A DNA stretch of 64,000 nt from an uncultured Candidatus Saccharibacteria bacterium (GTDB lineage: Bacteria; Patescibacteriota; Saccharimonadia; Saccharimonadales; SZUA-47). The stretch spans positions 3,073 to 67,072 of the forward strand of contig CAYQPN010000002.1 of the NCBI GenBank assembly GCA_964419675.1. Reading direction: 5' to 3'. Made by a program: the position numbers and the translations under genes. Shown piece after piece: positions 17,799 to 26,086 of this stretch (its first letter is position 1; the number at the start of each line of letters is the position of its first letter). Under the pieces are notes generated by a model. That model was not told the origin of the DNA and searched no databases. It worked only from the letters and a program-made list of their open reading frames with translations.

Positions 17799-19640
17799 TT
17801 ACAGGCTACTTCTACTTACCCTGCTTTTTGCTTCGTTCACTACTGATTTCAAGAAATTATCTATTAACATTGGTGAGGGCTCTTGTACTTGCATATCGTC
17901 TCTAACTCTTGGTGTTACTTCACTGGTTTCAATTTCTTTTTCACCAATAACTAACGTATACGGCACTTTCCAGGTAACAGAATTTCTAATCTTCTTACCA
18001 ACTGATTCGTTGTCATTGTCTGCTTTTACTCGCAGTCCTAACACTTTAGCTTTTTCAACTATTTCATCAACTAGTTTTAGTGTTGGTTTTTCTTGATTTA
18101 CAGAGATGATTCTTACTTGTTCTGGCGCTAACCAAACCGGAAACTTACCTGCTGTGTGCTCAATGTATACGCTCAAAAACCTCTCGATTGAGCCTAGAAG
18201 CGCACAGTGAATCATTACTGGTTGCTGCGGCTCACCGTTCTCACCGATGTACTCAAGCCCAAACCTCTCCGGCTGGACAAAGTCAAGCTGGACTGTTGCT
18301 ACTTGGTGCTCTCTACCGATTGCGTCAGTAGCCATAAAATCTATCTTAGGACCATAGAAAGCTGCCTCTCCCTCCACCTCAAAATACTCAAGTTTATTAC
18401 TTATCACAGCGTCTTTAAGTTGTTTCTGTGCCTGTATCCATAGTTTTTTATCGCCAAGATATGCATCGGTATCATCTCGATACGATAAACGCACCCGCAA
18501 CTTAAGTCCAACAGCAGAGTACAACTCTTGAGCAGCAGCAAGCAGACCGTCAATTTCCACCTCAATTTGGTCAGGACGACAAAACACATGACTGTCATCT
18601 TGGGTTGCAGATCGAACTCGGTTTAGACCTCCAAGCTCACCAGATTTTTCGTCTCGATAGATTGTAGTAGTCTCAAGATAGCGAATAGGCATATCTCGGT
18701 AACTTCTCTGTCGACTAGCAAAAATACGTGTGTGGTGCGGGCAATTCATTGGCTTAAGCGCAAGCTCGTCACTTGTTTCCTGGCTTTTAACCAAAAACAG
18801 CTCGTCCCCAAACTTTGCCCAATGCCCACTAGCCTCGTACAAATCTTTTTTAGTCATATGAGGAACCCAAACTTTTTCAAAACCCCTGTTTTCTCGAAGT
18901 TGATTAGAGTATTTTGATAATTCTTCGCGGAGTACGGTGCCCCTCGGAGTAAACATTGGCAAACCAGAGCCTACAAGGTCGGAAAACAAGAATAAATCAA
19001 GTTCTACCCCGAGTTTGCGGTGGTCACGTTTTTTAGCTTCTTCAAGCATGTTCAGGTGTTGGCGTAATTCCTTGTCCGTGGCAAAAGCTACCCCATAAAG
19101 CCTTTGCATTTGTGGGTTTGTCTCTTTGCCTCGCCAATACGCTCCCGCAACCCTCATGAGCTTAAAGGCACCGACTTTTCCAGTAGATTCAACATGTGGA
19201 CCTCGACAAAGGTCAGTAAAACTACCGTTTGTATAAAAGCTAGCAGAATCGACTTTAGATTTACCGTCTGACAGTGTGCCCATCTCTTCTGCCGACAAGT
19301 CTTTGGCCATTGTTGTACCAGCCCTCTTAAGGTCGTTCAACAGTTCTTCTTTATATGGCTGTTTCTGCTTTTTTGCCCAATCAACTGCTTCGGTAATTGT
19401 TTTTGATGATTTAACAAATTCTTGATTTTCTTTGATAATCTTCTTCATTTCTGTTTCAATTTTTTCAAAATCTTCTTCAGAAATTGTTACCTTAGGGATA
19501 TCAATATCATAATAAAAGCCATCCTCTACCACTGGTCCAACTCCTAATTTGGCATCAGACCAAAGAGTTGTGACGGCAGTAGCCATAATATGGGCCAAAC
19601 TGTGGCGCATTGCATACAATTTATCGTGATTATCTGACAT
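17799..19640 (-). CDS. thrS: Threonine--tRNA ligase (no TGS domain)
   Basis: 613-aa ORF with MRHSLAHIMATAV, class II core motifs (FRDEKSGELGGLNRVR, TVQLDF) and a C-terminal anticodon-binding domain. Confidence 0.95.
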   Translation of the reverse strand: MSDNHDKLYAMRHSLAHIMATAVTTLWSDAKLGVGPVVEDGFYYDIDIPKVTISEEDFEKIETEMKKIIKENQEFVKSSKTITEAVDWAKKQKQPYKEELLNDLKRAGTTMAKDLSAEEMGTLSDGKSKVDSASFYTNGSFTDLCRGPHVESTGKVGAFKLMRVAGAYWRGKETNPQMQRLYGVAFATDKELRQHLNMLEEAKKRDHRKLGVELDLFLFSDLVGSGLPMFTPRGTVLREELSKYSNQLRENRGFEKVWVPHMTKKDLYEASGHWAKFGDELFLVKSQETSDELALKPMNCPHHTRIFASRQRSYRDMPIRYLETTTIYRDEKSGELGGLNRVRSATQDDSHVFCRPDQIEVEIDGLLAAAQELYSAVGLKLRVRLSYRDDTDAYLGDKKLWIQAQKQLKDAVISNKLEYFEVEGEAAFYGPKIDFMATDAIGREHQVATVQLDFVQPERFGLEYIGENGEPQQPVMIHCALLGSIERFLSVYIEHTAGKFPVWLAPEQVRIISVNQEKPTLKLVDEIVEKAKVLGLRVKADNDNESVGKKIRNSVTWKVPYTLVIGEKEIETSEVTPRVRDDMQVQEPSPMLIDNFLKSVVNEAKSRVSRSSL

Positions 19641-19698
19641 TAACGCTCCTAAACTTGAGTTTGCTATCTTCCCTCAGTATAGCAGGGGTACATAAATA

Positions 19699-19725
19699 TA
19701 AAAGAGGCTGTTTAGCCTCTTTTAT
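19699..19725 (-). terminator. Terminator-like hairpin inside the thrS 5' leader (possible attenuator)
   Basis: Stem AGAGGCT / AGCCTCT with a 4-nt loop, flanked by A and T runs; 60-85 nt upstream of the thrS ATG. Confidence 0.4.
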
Positions 19726-19923
19726 AAGTACTTGTATTGTGATCTCTCGCAATTGAGCACAATACGCTAGGATTGGTCCTATAAAAACCTCTCCCAAAAC
19801 CTCACCTTACCTGATATTACAGTAGATAGTACTATAATGCTAGCAGATTATTACTGGCTTTATCCACACCGTGTGGGTAAGAATTAACATATATCACGGT
19901 TGGTATAATTATGTGTTCATTAT

Positions 19924-19952
19924 TGCTATCTATAGCTTTTACAGCTATAATC
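19924..19952 (+). promoter_or_regulatory. tRNA-Val promoter
   Basis: TTGCTA (19924-19929), 17-nt spacer, TATAAT (19947-19952); 13 nt before the tRNA 5' end. Confidence 0.55.
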
Positions 19953-19965
19953 TACCCCTGTACAA

Positions 19966-20042
19966 GGGCAATTAGCTCATTTGGCTAGAGCGCCACATTG
20001 ACGTTGTGGAGGTGAAAGGTTCAAATCCTTTATTGCCCACCA
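19966..20042 (+). tRNA. tRNA-Val (anticodon GAC), CCA encoded
   Basis: Cloverleaf read by hand: acceptor GGGCAAT/ATTGCCC, anticodon arm CCACA-TTGACGT-TGTGG, T-arm AAAGG-TTCAAAT-CCTTT, 3' ACCA. Confidence 0.93.
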
Positions 20043-20049
20043 AAACTAG

Positions 20050-20078
20050 AACCGGTCCATCTGACCGGTTATTGTTTT
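20050..20078. terminator. Terminator after tRNA-Val
   Basis: Stem AACCGGTC / GACCGGTT with a 5-nt loop, followed by ATTGTTTT. Confidence 0.6.
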
Positions 20079-20106
20079 GGTTGATGATATATGTGAATCT
20101 TTCCCT

Positions 20107-20217
20107 AGGTGAAAGGCGAAGAAGCCCTGTGGGCTTTTGAGTTTTCCTTGCTTGGCCGAGGCAAATGCGGTTCCGCTCTTTGCCGAGCAAATATGGGCAA
20201 ATCCTTTGTTGCCCCCA
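20107..20217 (+). repeat. Partial tRNA-Val 3' copy interrupted in the T-loop by an 81-nt insert (element X copy)
   Basis: AGGTGAAAGG (20107-20116) equals tRNA positions 20010-20019. CAAATCCTTTGTTGCCCCCA (20198-20217) matches the tRNA T-arm/acceptor with 3 mismatches. The insert is homologous by eye to sequence beside tRNA-Arg. Confidence 0.55.
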
Positions 20218-20244
20218 TCTAAATCTGATCTATATGACTAGTTT

Positions 20245-21324
20245 TTATTTTTGATACCCTTCACAAATCCGCATCATGTATCGTAAGTTGTGGATTGAAG
20301 CTAGCGTGCCGGCCAGTGGGTCGCCAGACTTGAATTGATGGCGCAGGAAGGCTCTTGAGAACCCATTTGCACATGTGTAACAATCGCAGTCATCTTCAAT
20401 TGGCCTAGAGTCTTCTTTAAATTGCTCGTTTGTTAGAGCCATCTTCTTGTCATTTTCTCCCCATACTGATGAATGTCGGGCATTTCTCGTTGGCAACACG
20501 CAATCTAACATATCAATGCCGTTCTCTACCGCTATTCGTAAATCCTCTGGTGTGCCAACACCAAGAAGAAACCTGGGGCGCTTTTTATCATACAAAGGGG
20601 CCAAAGCTTGTAAGACTTCCGTCATCTCGTCTCTGGTTTCTCCTACGGACAAACCGCCGATTGCTATGCCGTCTACATCACTATTTTGAATAATTTCTAA
20701 GCTTTTTTTGCGTAATTCAATATCTAAGCCACCTTGTACCACCCCAAACAATAGGGGTCTCTCCCCCGGTTTCATATTCTTGGTTAAGCGCTTGAATTCC
20801 ACTACACATCGAGCTAACCACCTGTGCGTTCTATCATATGCATCTTTAACATCCTTTGGTTTTGCATCTTTTGTGCCTATCAAATGATCAAAAGCCACTA
20901 TCATATCCGAACCAAGATCTAGCTGTATCTGCATAGATTTTTCAGGCGTTATTGTGCGAGTGTCACCATTTACCGGGTCTTTGAAAGTAACTCCTTCTTC
21001 GGTTACTTTGGCGTGTGCATCCAAAGAAAAAACTTGAAACCCACCAGAATCGGTCAACATAGGGCCTTTTCTATTAGCAAATTTATGTAACCCACCTAGA
21101 TTATTTATAACTTCTTCTCCTGGATTTAGATGCAAGTGATAGGTGTTTGCCAGAACTATCTGCACACCCGTATCTATAACCTGCTGCGGGGTTAGGCCCT
21201 TCACTGCTCCTCTTGTACCGTCCGGCATAAAAGTTGGAGTAACAACATCACCTGCTCGTGTGTGGAGTATCCCTGTTCTTGCGTAATTACCTATTAACTT
21301 TTTTTCTGTGAATAATTGATACAT
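20245..21324 (-). CDS. tgt: tRNA-guanine(34) transglycosylase
   Basis: 359-aa ORF with TPTFMPDGT, LANTYHL, TDSGGFQVFSL, GLSVGE and the CDCYTC zinc site. Confidence 0.95.
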   Translation of the reverse strand: MYQLFTEKKLIGNYARTGILHTRAGDVVTPTFMPDGTRGAVKGLTPQQVIDTGVQIVLANTYHLHLNPGEEVINNLGGLHKFANRKGPMLTDSGGFQVFSLDAHAKVTEEGVTFKDPVNGDTRTITPEKSMQIQLDLGSDMIVAFDHLIGTKDAKPKDVKDAYDRTHRWLARCVVEFKRLTKNMKPGERPLLFGVVQGGLDIELRKKSLEIIQNSDVDGIAIGGLSVGETRDEMTEVLQALAPLYDKKRPRFLLGVGTPEDLRIAVENGIDMLDCVLPTRNARHSSVWGENDKKMALTNEQFKEDSRPIEDDCDCYTCANGFSRAFLRHQFKSGDPLAGTLASIHNLRYMMRICEGYQK

Positions 21325-21349
21325 CAGAGGTCAATTGTAACACAGGGTA

Positions 21350-21378
21350 TTGACAAAGTGACCCTGATATGTTAGCAT
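21350..21378 (+). promoter_or_regulatory. Candidate promoter
   Basis: TTGACA (21350-21355), 17-nt spacer, TAGCAT (21373-21378). Confidence 0.35.
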
Positions 21379-21384
21379 AAGCAG

Positions 21385-21570
21385 GTTAAGAAGAGGTATG
21401 TGTGAACAACACGTCAAACTCGCTTGATGGTTTTAATCTTTTTTATGAAGAACTGGCTTCTGTGGCTCCCCAAAGGAACCGTATCAGAAGACCCAGAACG
21501 AAACTAGCCAAGCGTACTTAACGGTTAGAGTGGACGACCGGCCCCGCACGTTTTTAATGTGCGGGGTTTT
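21385..21570 (+). ncRNA. Candidate ~190-nt RNA upstream of nrdR, ending in a strong terminator
   Basis: Bracketed by the 21350 promoter and the terminator CCCCGCAC / GTGCGGGG plus T4 (21542-21570). Internal helix CTTCTG/CAGAAG. No ORF of 60 aa or more; only a 26-codon ORF without an SD. Confidence 0.3.
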
Positions 21571-21690
21571 ACTTTATCAAAGTAAAGTTACCCACAAAAA
21601 AGCTTAAGTTATGCACTGGATAAATCTACTGCGTTATGTCAATATGTTGTCATGGTATTACTAAACAAAACACAATTGAGGCCATAAATA

Positions 21691-22095
21691 ATGTTCTGCC
21701 CCTACTGTACGTCCAAGAGTAGAGTTATTAACTCACGCCATCAAAAACGCTTAAACTCCGTTTGGCGACGCAGACAATGCGAAAATTGCCAGGCTATATG
21801 GACTACAAACGAGCAAATTAAAGGCGCTAGCGCCTTCAAAGTGCTACGGGTCGGTAAACTAGAGGACTTTGCACCTGAAAAGCTTCTAATAGGCTTATAT
21901 GAAGCTTTAAAGCATAGAAAAAACGCAGAGATCGATGCGCAATACATCCAAAGTACAGTTATTCGTAATATTCAGCTGAATGGCGATCCGGTTATCACAA
22001 TTGAACAGATAGTTAATGAATGTATAGAGGTGCTCAAAAATTTCGACAAATTGGCCAGCGAATTATACAAAACCCTGCATACAAAAGCCTCGTAA
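21691..22095 (+). CDS. nrdR: Transcriptional repressor NrdR
   Basis: 134-aa ORF with an N-terminal zinc ribbon MFCPYCTSKSRVINSR...CENC followed by an ATP-cone. Confidence 0.9.
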   Translation: MFCPYCTSKSRVINSRHQKRLNSVWRRRQCENCQAIWTTNEQIKGASAFKVLRVGKLEDFAPEKLLIGLYEALKHRKNAEIDAQYIQSTVIRNIQLNGDPVITIEQIVNECIEVLKNFDKLASELYKTLHTKAS

Positions 22096-22121
22096 CTAAC
22101 AGATAAGCTATACTTACACCG

Positions 22122-23780
22122 ATGCTTCACATTGTTATTAACGAAAAAACTATGGGTTCAAAACTACTGCTATCTAGATTTGAGTTGCGTTTAGAGCGTG
22201 GTGAAAAAGTTGGTTTTTTGGGTAGAAACGGTACCGGTAAAACAACATTAATGAATCTTATTAACGGTACTGACGAGGATTTTGATGGGGAAATTAAGTT
22301 GCCTAAGAATCTTCAACTCATGACAACCTCACAAGAACATACGGACCTGCATAAAGCAGATGTTCTGACTTTGAACTATATCACCGCTAAGCTACCAAAA
22401 TTTGCTTCCCTACATCACATATTAGAGTCCTACCCTAAACACATCAGTGATAATCCAAAAAAGATGGAAGTTTACAGCGATGCCTTGCAGGAGTTTTCTG
22501 ATTTGGGATACTACAACGTCGAAAATTCCCTGGCTAAATACTTTGATTCTTATCAGTTAGATGAATCTCTGCTTAATAACAACTTCTCTACGCTGAGCGG
22601 TGGTCAAAAAAGATTAGCCGAACTAATAGCAATACAACTGGCAGAGCCGGCAGTTGCACTATTGGATGAGCCGACAAACCATATGGATTACGTCGGCAAA
22701 GCTGCGTTTATTAGTTGGTTAAAAAACACCAAAAGCGCCGTTTTGGTTATATCTCACGACCGCTATGTGCTTGAAGCCGTGGATAGAATTGTTGAGCTTA
22801 AAGATAAAAAAGCTCATAGCTACAAGGGTAACTACAATGCTTATCTGGCACAAAATGCCACAAAAACGTCTAATTCGATTAACGAATATGAGATAACCCA
22901 AAAAAGAATTGATAATATTAAAGAACAAATCAGATATGCTCGTTCAAGAGCACCTGGCTATAGAGGCAAGGCTGGTAAAAACCCTTGGGTAGTCATGCGT
23001 GAAAGACTAGAGCGAGAACTTGCTGAAATAATGGACAAAAACCAAAAACCAAGCTTCTGGATAGATAAAGAATCTGCCAAAAATCTCTCTGTTAAAACAA
23101 CGAATTCTTACCACAAATACAAAGCTAAGAATATTTCCATTTCTAGTTCAAAGACTGAACATGGCAATTCTTCACTCATAGCATTGGATGGGATTAGCCT
23201 TGGCTATCAAGGCGTGCCACTGTTTAAAGACTGTAGATTTAGCCTCACAGCAGATGACAGGTTGCATATTGTGGGCCGAAATGGCGCCGGAAAAACTACT
23301 CTTATCAACGCAATCCGAGATGCCTCAGAAAACAAAAAACCAGAAACACTTATCGGCAAGGGTTTTATAGAAATTAACCCAGCCTTGCGCTTGAGCAACT
23401 ACGAACAAGAGATAGGTCCCGAGCTATTAAACCTTTCTCTATATGACGCAATAGATAAAATTCTAAGAGACAAAGAGATTCCGTCGACTCACCAAGCAAT
23501 ATTTAGGCTAATGGACAATTATTTATTCAACCCAATAATCGATAAAGACGTTTTAGTAAACCAGCTTAGCGGGGGTCAAAAAGCACGATTACAATTGATT
23601 AGGCTACTCGCCGGCAAACCAAACTTGTTAATTCTAGATGAGCCCACAAACCATCTTGACCTGCCTAGCATTGAAGAGCTAGAAACACATCTAAAGTCAT
23701 ACACTGGCGCAATTTTATACATCACACACGATAGTTACTTTGCATCAAACATAGGTGGCAAAACGCTACATATCGGGTAA
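22122..23780 (+). CDS. ABC-F family ATPase (two ABC domains, no TM domain)
   Basis: 552-aa ORF with two Walker A sites (GRNGTGKTT, GRNGAGKTT), two signatures (LSGGQKRL, LSGGQKAR) and two LLDEPTNH(M/L)D blocks. Confidence 0.9.
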   Translation: MLHIVINEKTMGSKLLLSRFELRLERGEKVGFLGRNGTGKTTLMNLINGTDEDFDGEIKLPKNLQLMTTSQEHTDLHKADVLTLNYITAKLPKFASLHHILESYPKHISDNPKKMEVYSDALQEFSDLGYYNVENSLAKYFDSYQLDESLLNNNFSTLSGGQKRLAELIAIQLAEPAVALLDEPTNHMDYVGKAAFISWLKNTKSAVLVISHDRYVLEAVDRIVELKDKKAHSYKGNYNAYLAQNATKTSNSINEYEITQKRIDNIKEQIRYARSRAPGYRGKAGKNPWVVMRERLERELAEIMDKNQKPSFWIDKESAKNLSVKTTNSYHKYKAKNISISSSKTEHGNSSLIALDGISLGYQGVPLFKDCRFSLTADDRLHIVGRNGAGKTTLINAIRDASENKKPETLIGKGFIEINPALRLSNYEQEIGPELLNLSLYDAIDKILRDKEIPSTHQAIFRLMDNYLFNPIIDKDVLVNQLSGGQKARLQLIRLLAGKPNLLILDEPTNHLDLPSIEELETHLKSYTGAILYITHDSYFASNIGGKTLHIG

Positions 23781-23796
23781 TCGTTCTGCTAAATTA

Positions 23797-25401
23797 TTAG
23801 TGAGAACTTACTACTTCACCGCTGTCAGACTTGACAGCTTTTTCAGTAATATCAAACTTATCAAGGTACTTCCCAAACATTAATCGTGTCTGTGAATATA
23901 TTGCAGCAAAAGAGCTGTAGCAGATAGTTGTAATTGGCAACAATGCCCACTGAAGAACCATCCAGATTGTTCGGTGTCTCTTATACCGTTGAGGCTTTGG
24001 GGGCAATATTTTAAAGCTTAAAAACATCGTGATAAAGATACCAAGCATGGCTGCAGTTTGTAGTTTGCTAGATATCTGAGGGAGCTGGTTAGCCAAGAAG
24101 TCTGTTTGATGAAATAGCCATGGTATTAGTGCCCCAAAGGCTAGAATTAACGGTGACGTTGCCCAGCTTAAATGTCCCTCAACCAGTCGCATAAATTTAA
24201 AAATTCTATCGTGCAAAGGAATTTTATTCTTTTTAAAGAATGCGTATTTAGCAACATACGCGATATCTGATACGCCCCAGGCCCAACGTCTTAACTGGAT
24301 AAACTGGGCTTTTAAGGTACGTCTATACCCGTCAGCTAATACTGCATCCTGATAAATAGGTAAAAATATTGGTATAACTTCGTGTTTACCATCAAAAGCA
24401 AAATAACTACGCCAAAACTGATGTCCGTCTTCTACCACTGTTCTTACACTCCAAAAATCCGTTTCAAGTAGGGCTTCTAGACTCTGGGCGTGAGCAGAAA
24501 AGTTGCGCAACATATGCTGCCTAAGAGCCTGAATCATCATCCAGTATGAGTTTCCTGTAGCGATTACACGCATCGGAGCCGGTGCGTCCCAAATATTGTT
24601 AGTAAACATAGGAATCGGCTGAAAAGATAGCATTTTAGGGTCATGGCAAACAGTGTAAACATATGATAGCCCAGCAAAATATGACGGATGTGGGCGATTA
24701 TCTGCGTCAAGTGTAGTAACCAGAACATTTTTAGGATCATAACCGTTTTGCTTCACAATTCTTGCAAGCTCCCTACCCGTAAACGTTATATTTCCGCCCT
24801 TGCCTATTACTTCTCCTGGTGCATCAATATGCTTAACTGCTTTTGAAATTAAAAATACATCTTCATACTCTTTCATTAGCTTTATAGCTTGTTTTTCTAC
24901 GGCAAGTCCACCCCTGTTTTCATATGCCAACAGCACTATAATTTTTTTCATGTCATAGTGACTGTTTTTGATGTTCTCTAATGTTGGTTGCAGAATTTCG
25001 CGAGCTTCATTCCAGGTTGCAACTATCACTGCGTGGATGATATCTTCGCTTTTAATACCATTCGGGTTCTCGTTTTGACGCTTCTTATTGTCATAGTGCC
25101 ATTTGGGGAATTTTTTAGTTTCATTGTGTTCTTGATCAAGGTCAGCTATTAGCTCTTCCCAGTCAATTTTCTGATGCTGTTGCAAAACCCGCCAACCCTG
25201 AACGGCACGAATGTTTAAGGCTACAGCCTTTACAAACCAGAGGAGTAGATAGCCTATCATGAATATTGCAGCCAAACGAATGCTGGTAAACGCCAAAATA
25301 AAAGGTAGCAACAACACCAGCCAAGACACCAAACCAGGAAGTATTTCAAACAACCTATAACTAAAGTTCTTATCCTTCTTAAATGGTATTTCGTACTTCA
25401 T
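23797..25401 (-). CDS. Membrane-embedded family 2 glycosyltransferase (processive, cellulose/chitin-synthase-like)
   Basis: 534-aa ORF with flanking TM helices, TLDADNRPHP (D,D,D) and QLRRWAWG (QxxRW). Confidence 0.8.
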   Translation of the reverse strand: MKYEIPFKKDKNFSYRLFEILPGLVSWLVLLLPFILAFTSIRLAAIFMIGYLLLWFVKAVALNIRAVQGWRVLQQHQKIDWEELIADLDQEHNETKKFPKWHYDNKKRQNENPNGIKSEDIIHAVIVATWNEAREILQPTLENIKNSHYDMKKIIVLLAYENRGGLAVEKQAIKLMKEYEDVFLISKAVKHIDAPGEVIGKGGNITFTGRELARIVKQNGYDPKNVLVTTLDADNRPHPSYFAGLSYVYTVCHDPKMLSFQPIPMFTNNIWDAPAPMRVIATGNSYWMMIQALRQHMLRNFSAHAQSLEALLETDFWSVRTVVEDGHQFWRSYFAFDGKHEVIPIFLPIYQDAVLADGYRRTLKAQFIQLRRWAWGVSDIAYVAKYAFFKKNKIPLHDRIFKFMRLVEGHLSWATSPLILAFGALIPWLFHQTDFLANQLPQISSKLQTAAMLGIFITMFLSFKILPPKPQRYKRHRTIWMVLQWALLPITTICYSSFAAIYSQTRLMFGKYLDKFDITEKAVKSDSGEVVSSH

Positions 25402-25411
25402 GGAATTAGGG

Positions 25412-25762
25412 TTAAAGAGTTCTAGTTAAAGCGTTAAAAACGACGAGACAAAGTGTCAATGTTACTATGTTTAATCCCAGCATACTAATCGCTAGATGTC
25501 GTCTGTGTGTATATAGTTTAACGCTTAGAAGTACGCTTAAGACAGTAACTAGGACTGCAAAAACCGCAAATTGATACAAATCACTCGTTGGTCCACTAAC
25601 CTGAATGCTTCGGCTAGAACGATAAGAAACAATACTTGTCCCATTTAGTTCAGTGTCTACGTTCAATAGTACGTTAAATACAGCTAACAACAATAGCGCG
25701 CCGTTTGCACCAAGCATGGCTAACACAGATTTATCATGAAAATATTTTTTTGGAACTAACAT
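25412..25762 (-). CDS. Hypothetical membrane protein
   Basis: 116-aa ORF with three hydrophobic helices; ends 10 nt upstream of the GT2 start, co-oriented with it. Confidence 0.55.
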   Translation of the reverse strand: MLVPKKYFHDKSVLAMLGANGALLLLAVFNVLLNVDTELNGTSIVSYRSSRSIQVSGPTSDLYQFAVFAVLVTVLSVLLSVKLYTHRRHLAISMLGLNIVTLTLCLVVFNALTRTL

Positions 25763-25824
25763 TTATTGATTACAAGTATATATGAGTTGGGATTTAGTAT
25801 CTAGAGGCTGACAAAAAAGCGCAT

Positions 25825-25898
25825 TGGTGCGGGTAGCGAGAATCGAACTCGCATCTCATCCTTGGGAAGGATACATTCTACCACTTAACTATACCCGC
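25825..25898 (-). tRNA. tRNA-Gly (anticodon CCC), CCA encoded
   Basis: Revcomp GCGGGTATAGTTAAGTGGTAGAATGTATCCTTCCCAAGGATGAGATGCGAGTTCGATTCTCGCTACCCGCACCA; anticodon loop TTCCCAA. Confidence 0.9.
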
Positions 25899-25974
25899 TG
25901 GAGCCGAAGACGGGAATCGAACCTGCGACCTGCTCGTTACGAGTGAGCTGCTCTACCAACTGAGCTACTTCGGC
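25899..25974 (-). tRNA. tRNA-Thr (anticodon CGT), CCA encoded
   Basis: Revcomp GCCGAAGTAGCTCAGTTGGTAGAGCAGCTCACTCGTAACGAGCAGGTCGCAGGTTCGATTCCCGTCTTCGGCTCCA. Anticodon loop CTCGTAA. Abuts tRNA-Gly with zero spacer. Confidence 0.88.
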
Positions 25975-26086
25975 GTGATAAGTGATATCAGAGGTAATTA
26001 TAGCAAAAGGAGTCCTGTTTTAGTCTCTTTCGAACCGAGTTCACAATTTTCTTGGCTGTCTTTGACTGGGTGTTTCAGTGTCTATC

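Noticed and set aside
19641-19965. T-box riboswitch upstream of thrS
   Set aside because: The conserved T-box 14-mer (…GGGTGGTACCGCG-like) and the AGAGA/specifier-loop architecture are absent. Only a plain hairpin terminator is seen.
19972-20190. 72-aa minus-strand ORF
   Set aside because: It is antisense to tRNA-Val and the tRNA-Val partial duplicate.
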